Assembly: GCA_040954595.2 (NCBI GenBank)
Contig: CM082578.2
Location: 5,438,831-5,502,830 of the forward strand
From: Balanoglossus misakiensis
Taxonomy: Eukaryota; Animalia; Hemichordata
DNA: 64,000 bases
Reading direction: 5' to 3'
The notes under the pieces were generated by a model. The model made no database searches. It saw only the letters and a program-made list of their open reading frames with translations, and was not told the DNA's origin. Made by a program: the position numbers and the translations under genes. Positions 60,105 through 64,000 of this stretch are shown here, in pieces. How positions within the stretch are numbered: position 1 is the first letter of the stretch; each line of letters starts with the position of its first letter.

Positions 60105-63100
60105 TTATCCTATTTTTAGAAGAACTTTCCAACACTCTTACTTTTTAACTGGACCACTTACTTGCATTTATATCCCGTGTGAAACGACCCTCATTGGAAA
60201 TGAAGCACAGCAAAGCAGCCATGACGAGACGAGACTGACACGTGACCCGATTTGAGTGGCCATCACCGCATCGGCAACACTGCGGACACCTGGGAACAAA
60301 AATAGAAATTGGAGAAGAGACAAACATGTTTCAATAATCCGGCTTTATTACCACCTATTACATTTTTACATTTAGAAGTACAATTTGGTTGAATGTTTAG
60401 TTTCCCCCGTTCTCACGGTGCACACAGTGTTCGGGAATTCTTTGATATCACACCCGGATCGCTTCAGGTGGTCACGGTTTTGAGTAGTTTCTTGCCCTGC
60501 CACTAAGGGCCAAATCGTGTACTGCTGAGTAGGGTTGTAATAAATACATTTGACATTTGTCGACCTTAGACGGTAGTCTAGGATGCACTGTTTTGGGTTG
60601 CAGATGGGGCTTTTGAAAACTGCGATAAATGCAGACATGTTGAGGAGAGCGCCGGGGAGGGCTTGGAGATAACATTTTGTTTTGAAATGGAGGAGCGAAA
60701 ATGAACAACCGAACATATGGTCTCGAGACGACAGCACTATAGCAGTGCGATCGGTTAGGGTATTCGGCTGTTGTTTATATTTTATAGATTTAGAACAAGG
60801 ATAACGTTGAGCAAATTCTAAATAAATAAAATGCACAGGGCGACAGAGACGAACAGACTGTGACACACAGGGACAGAAAGATGTAGGGAAAGGCACAAGG
60901 TACAATTAGATTAACGCTGCAAATCAACGACAGCTGACGCCTTTAGGATGATTGCTTGATCATGTGAATTGCATGCAATGATGCATTAGTTTTCAGACGC
61001 TCGGACAGGCAATCAGGTAATGAATAACACGTATTTACTGACTTAAACCAGGAAAATAATTAAAAAAAGTTTTGCCTGCGGGTTACGGTCTTTCATTTAT
61101 CACCACCTAACATTGCATTCTGTCACGACTTCATGTATTTTAATAAGTTGTATTGTGTTTCCAAGAGATTGATCACTCCATCCAGTATTCCAAGATGTCA
61201 TTTATTTTAACGCGATCTTTTCATTAAGAAAATGAAGAAAAAAAACGCTTTAGAAAAACTAAATTAGTTTTTAGTCAATCGCATAAGGGAGTTTTCCCCG
61301 ATGGTGTTTTCGGCGGCGTGTGTGAACTCTGTCTGATAGGACAGTCGTTCTTATTTTGTAACTAATGGTGGCGCTCTTTTCCCACGCATGTCTCGCAGAG
61401 TTGCCACCCTCTCTGACTTGATTCGGTATCGACTATATACGCATCGTTCAGGAGAAAGCAATGGGCATTGCCACTGCAAGTGTTTGATAATAGTAAGCCT
61501 CAAGTTTCGCATTGTCATTTTCAAATCCTAATGTTACATCACATAGAGGCCTACTTCTAAAAGGATGATACCACTGTAAATGATTATTTCCAGACAGACA
61601 GACAGACAGACAAACGGTGTGCGTAATTTCTTCCGTTTACCGACGAAAGCAACCAAGAACAGAACGAACCAAGTAAATAACAACAACACAGGCCACTGCC
61701 AGAGAACAGTCGAAGTCAAAAGCAAGCTTATCGAAACTCTCTGCGAAATCTAAAAGACATCTAGATAACTGACTGTGTGTGTCGACTCGGCGTTGTAACG
61801 GTAATTACGGTAAATCAGAAGATAACAGGGTACTTCCTCAAGTTAATTCTTCTGACGCAGACCCGGAAGGTACCATAGTGTCTGTCTGCTCAGATTATTA
61901 AATATAATAGAATGTGTTAGTTCTTTACAGAGCAACAATTTTAAAAACAAGACAGACAACTATAAACTCGCATTTTCCGCTGATAGACGGAAGCTGAGAT
62001 TGATCTCAGCCTTTCAAAAATGTATCACTCACGGTTTAGGATTCTGTAGTCGACGTTTGTCCTTGCAGTTATGCCTTTGCAGAAATCGCTCGAAATGATA
62101 CCGACACTTGTACTCAGTGGAACGATTTCTAAAAAAATCGAACGTCAACAAAGCAACAGTCTCCATGGAGACTTCGTTAAAACTCTAAACACGCTCGAAG
62201 CGTCTGCGTAATTCGAACTCCAACTCTTCGCTGAACACTGCGTCTCACGTGACTAGGCAAAAAGACGCGTCACGAAGATAGTGTTTGTCACCGAGGCAGT
62301 GTACCAGCCAACTCCAACTCGAGATTGTCAACTCAGAACTGACGCAGGGCACCGGGTGTGTTCGAACGTGTTCGAAAGTGACAAATGGTGGTTTAAAATC
62401 ATGACTAGTCATCTCCCAGCGGACTTCCAGACAGACAGTAATATATCGAATCTGTCTGGATGTTACGTCAAGTTAATCAAAATCTCAACACGTTTTGCCG
62501 GTGGAATATTTTATAGCCTCGCAGCCAAGAATAGGTAGCGACACTGCGCAAAACCTCACTGTTTAGGGTCGAACCTTTATGTTCGACACGAACACATCTT
62601 TTATTCAGCACTCCAGTCTGAGTCGGTGTTGCCGGCGTGCAAGTTGCGACAGTTTCCCAGCGGGCGTCAACTACACGTAAAAACGCGTCCTAAAACGAGT
62701 AATAAGCACACGCCATTTTGTAACAGGAAATTGGCTAAGAAGTGTTGTGCGACGTTAAAACCCTTTCTTTAACGGTGCATTAACAATTTTAGTGCCATGC
62801 GAATAACCATTCAGACATACCTGACAGTTGCCGCCTTTGTGGCATGTCCGCCCCCTCACCACGACGCCACCAGGCCGTCGACCTCTGCCAGTGCAAGTAT
62901 AAAATTTGTTGTATGAACATCATGATTTCATGGACACAAATAGTTTCCTGGGCATATACTAGTAAGGAAGCCTTCGTTCATTTTGAGAAGCGTATTGGTG
63001 GAAATTATGCTAAGCCGTGTCAAATGCCAAAAGCGACCCCAAAGACATTTTAAAAAGAAAAATGGACATCCGCGTTCGTTCTGCAAACAATTCCAAGATA

Positions 63101-64000
63101 CCCATCAGCGGATATACGCTGTTACGGTCCCCCTGCTCAGGATTACTGTGTACGTGACATTTACTGTATTTTTTTTGGCAATTTCCCCCAGTAGGCCTAT
63201 CTGTGTCCTTCATCATCTGCAGTCTTCAGTTCAACGGCCTCGGCAATGATGACACAAACTCTATTCAACCGAGCTACAGATCTCGTTTTCGCACTGCAGC
63301 TGTCATTGCTGAACATCAAACTCAAGTCATGGTTGGCACACATGAATCGACAGACTATGCAGTTGCATTTTAGAATGTTGTGTGAAGTAGATGAAGAAAG
63401 CTTCCTTTATAGACAGGGAAACAATCCAGAAAAATAACACGCGCGCGTGGGTCTCCCATAGGATTACATTGATAATTGCTGGAAAACATACTCCTACTAT
63501 TGTCATTTTCACGAAATCTTACGCATAGCTCAGTCAAGTAAAAATAAATTCATTGGTCAAATAAAATCGTATGGTCAAGGTTACTAGTGTGGCATTGACA
63601 GCCGTCTAAATACGAGGCTTTCGATTTCATGCAAACAGAGAAAACAGGATCACTGTTGTTAATGTTGTGTGACCAATCTTGTCTGTTCGATGTATTAAAA
63701 GCTGGATTTTCAAATGTGTTGCTATCCTTGTTCGGAAGATTTTATTGAAAAAAATTACATCGACAATGATGAATGTAGCTTGTTCACATAATGCCTTTAT
63801 CCAAGCGCAATTCGGTGCTAGGAGTTGAAACGTTTTAAAGTATATAGAGCTACGAACATTTGGATATACATGTATGTGACGTCACTGGCCAACGCCGGGA
63901 AACCCTGCGTCAGTTCCAATTGTATGTTTTTGGACTCTTTCTAATGCAAGGGAAATCAAGAAAATTGGCATTTTCCTTGATTTAAGGAATTATCCTCAGC

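Overview
Eukaryotic, intron-rich animal DNA; gene content and repeats suggest a marine invertebrate, but the taxon cannot be fixed from sequence alone. I reconstructed seven protein-coding genes by hand from GT-AG splice sites and exon phase: (1) a minus-strand multi-exon EF-hand/helical-repeat protein running off the left edge; (2) an intronless C1orf74/UPF0739 homologue, head-to-head with it; (3) MANF/ARMET; (4) a 5-exon secreted protein made of two tandem VirK-like domains, the best candidate for something unusual (possibly a bacteria-derived gene domesticated with introns); (5) a 10-exon SLC17 anion transporter; (6) RSBN1/KDM9; (7) an LRR-Ig-TM receptor with one large coding exon and a tyrosine-motif tail. 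Introns and intergenic DNA carry many short non-autonomous DNA transposons with readable TSDs (Kolobok-, piggyBac-, P/hAT-, Harbinger- and Academ-like), L2 LINE 3' remnants and microsatellites. No prokaryotic operons, CRISPR arrays, rRNAs or intact tRNAs were seen. All family calls come from motif recognition, not database searches.
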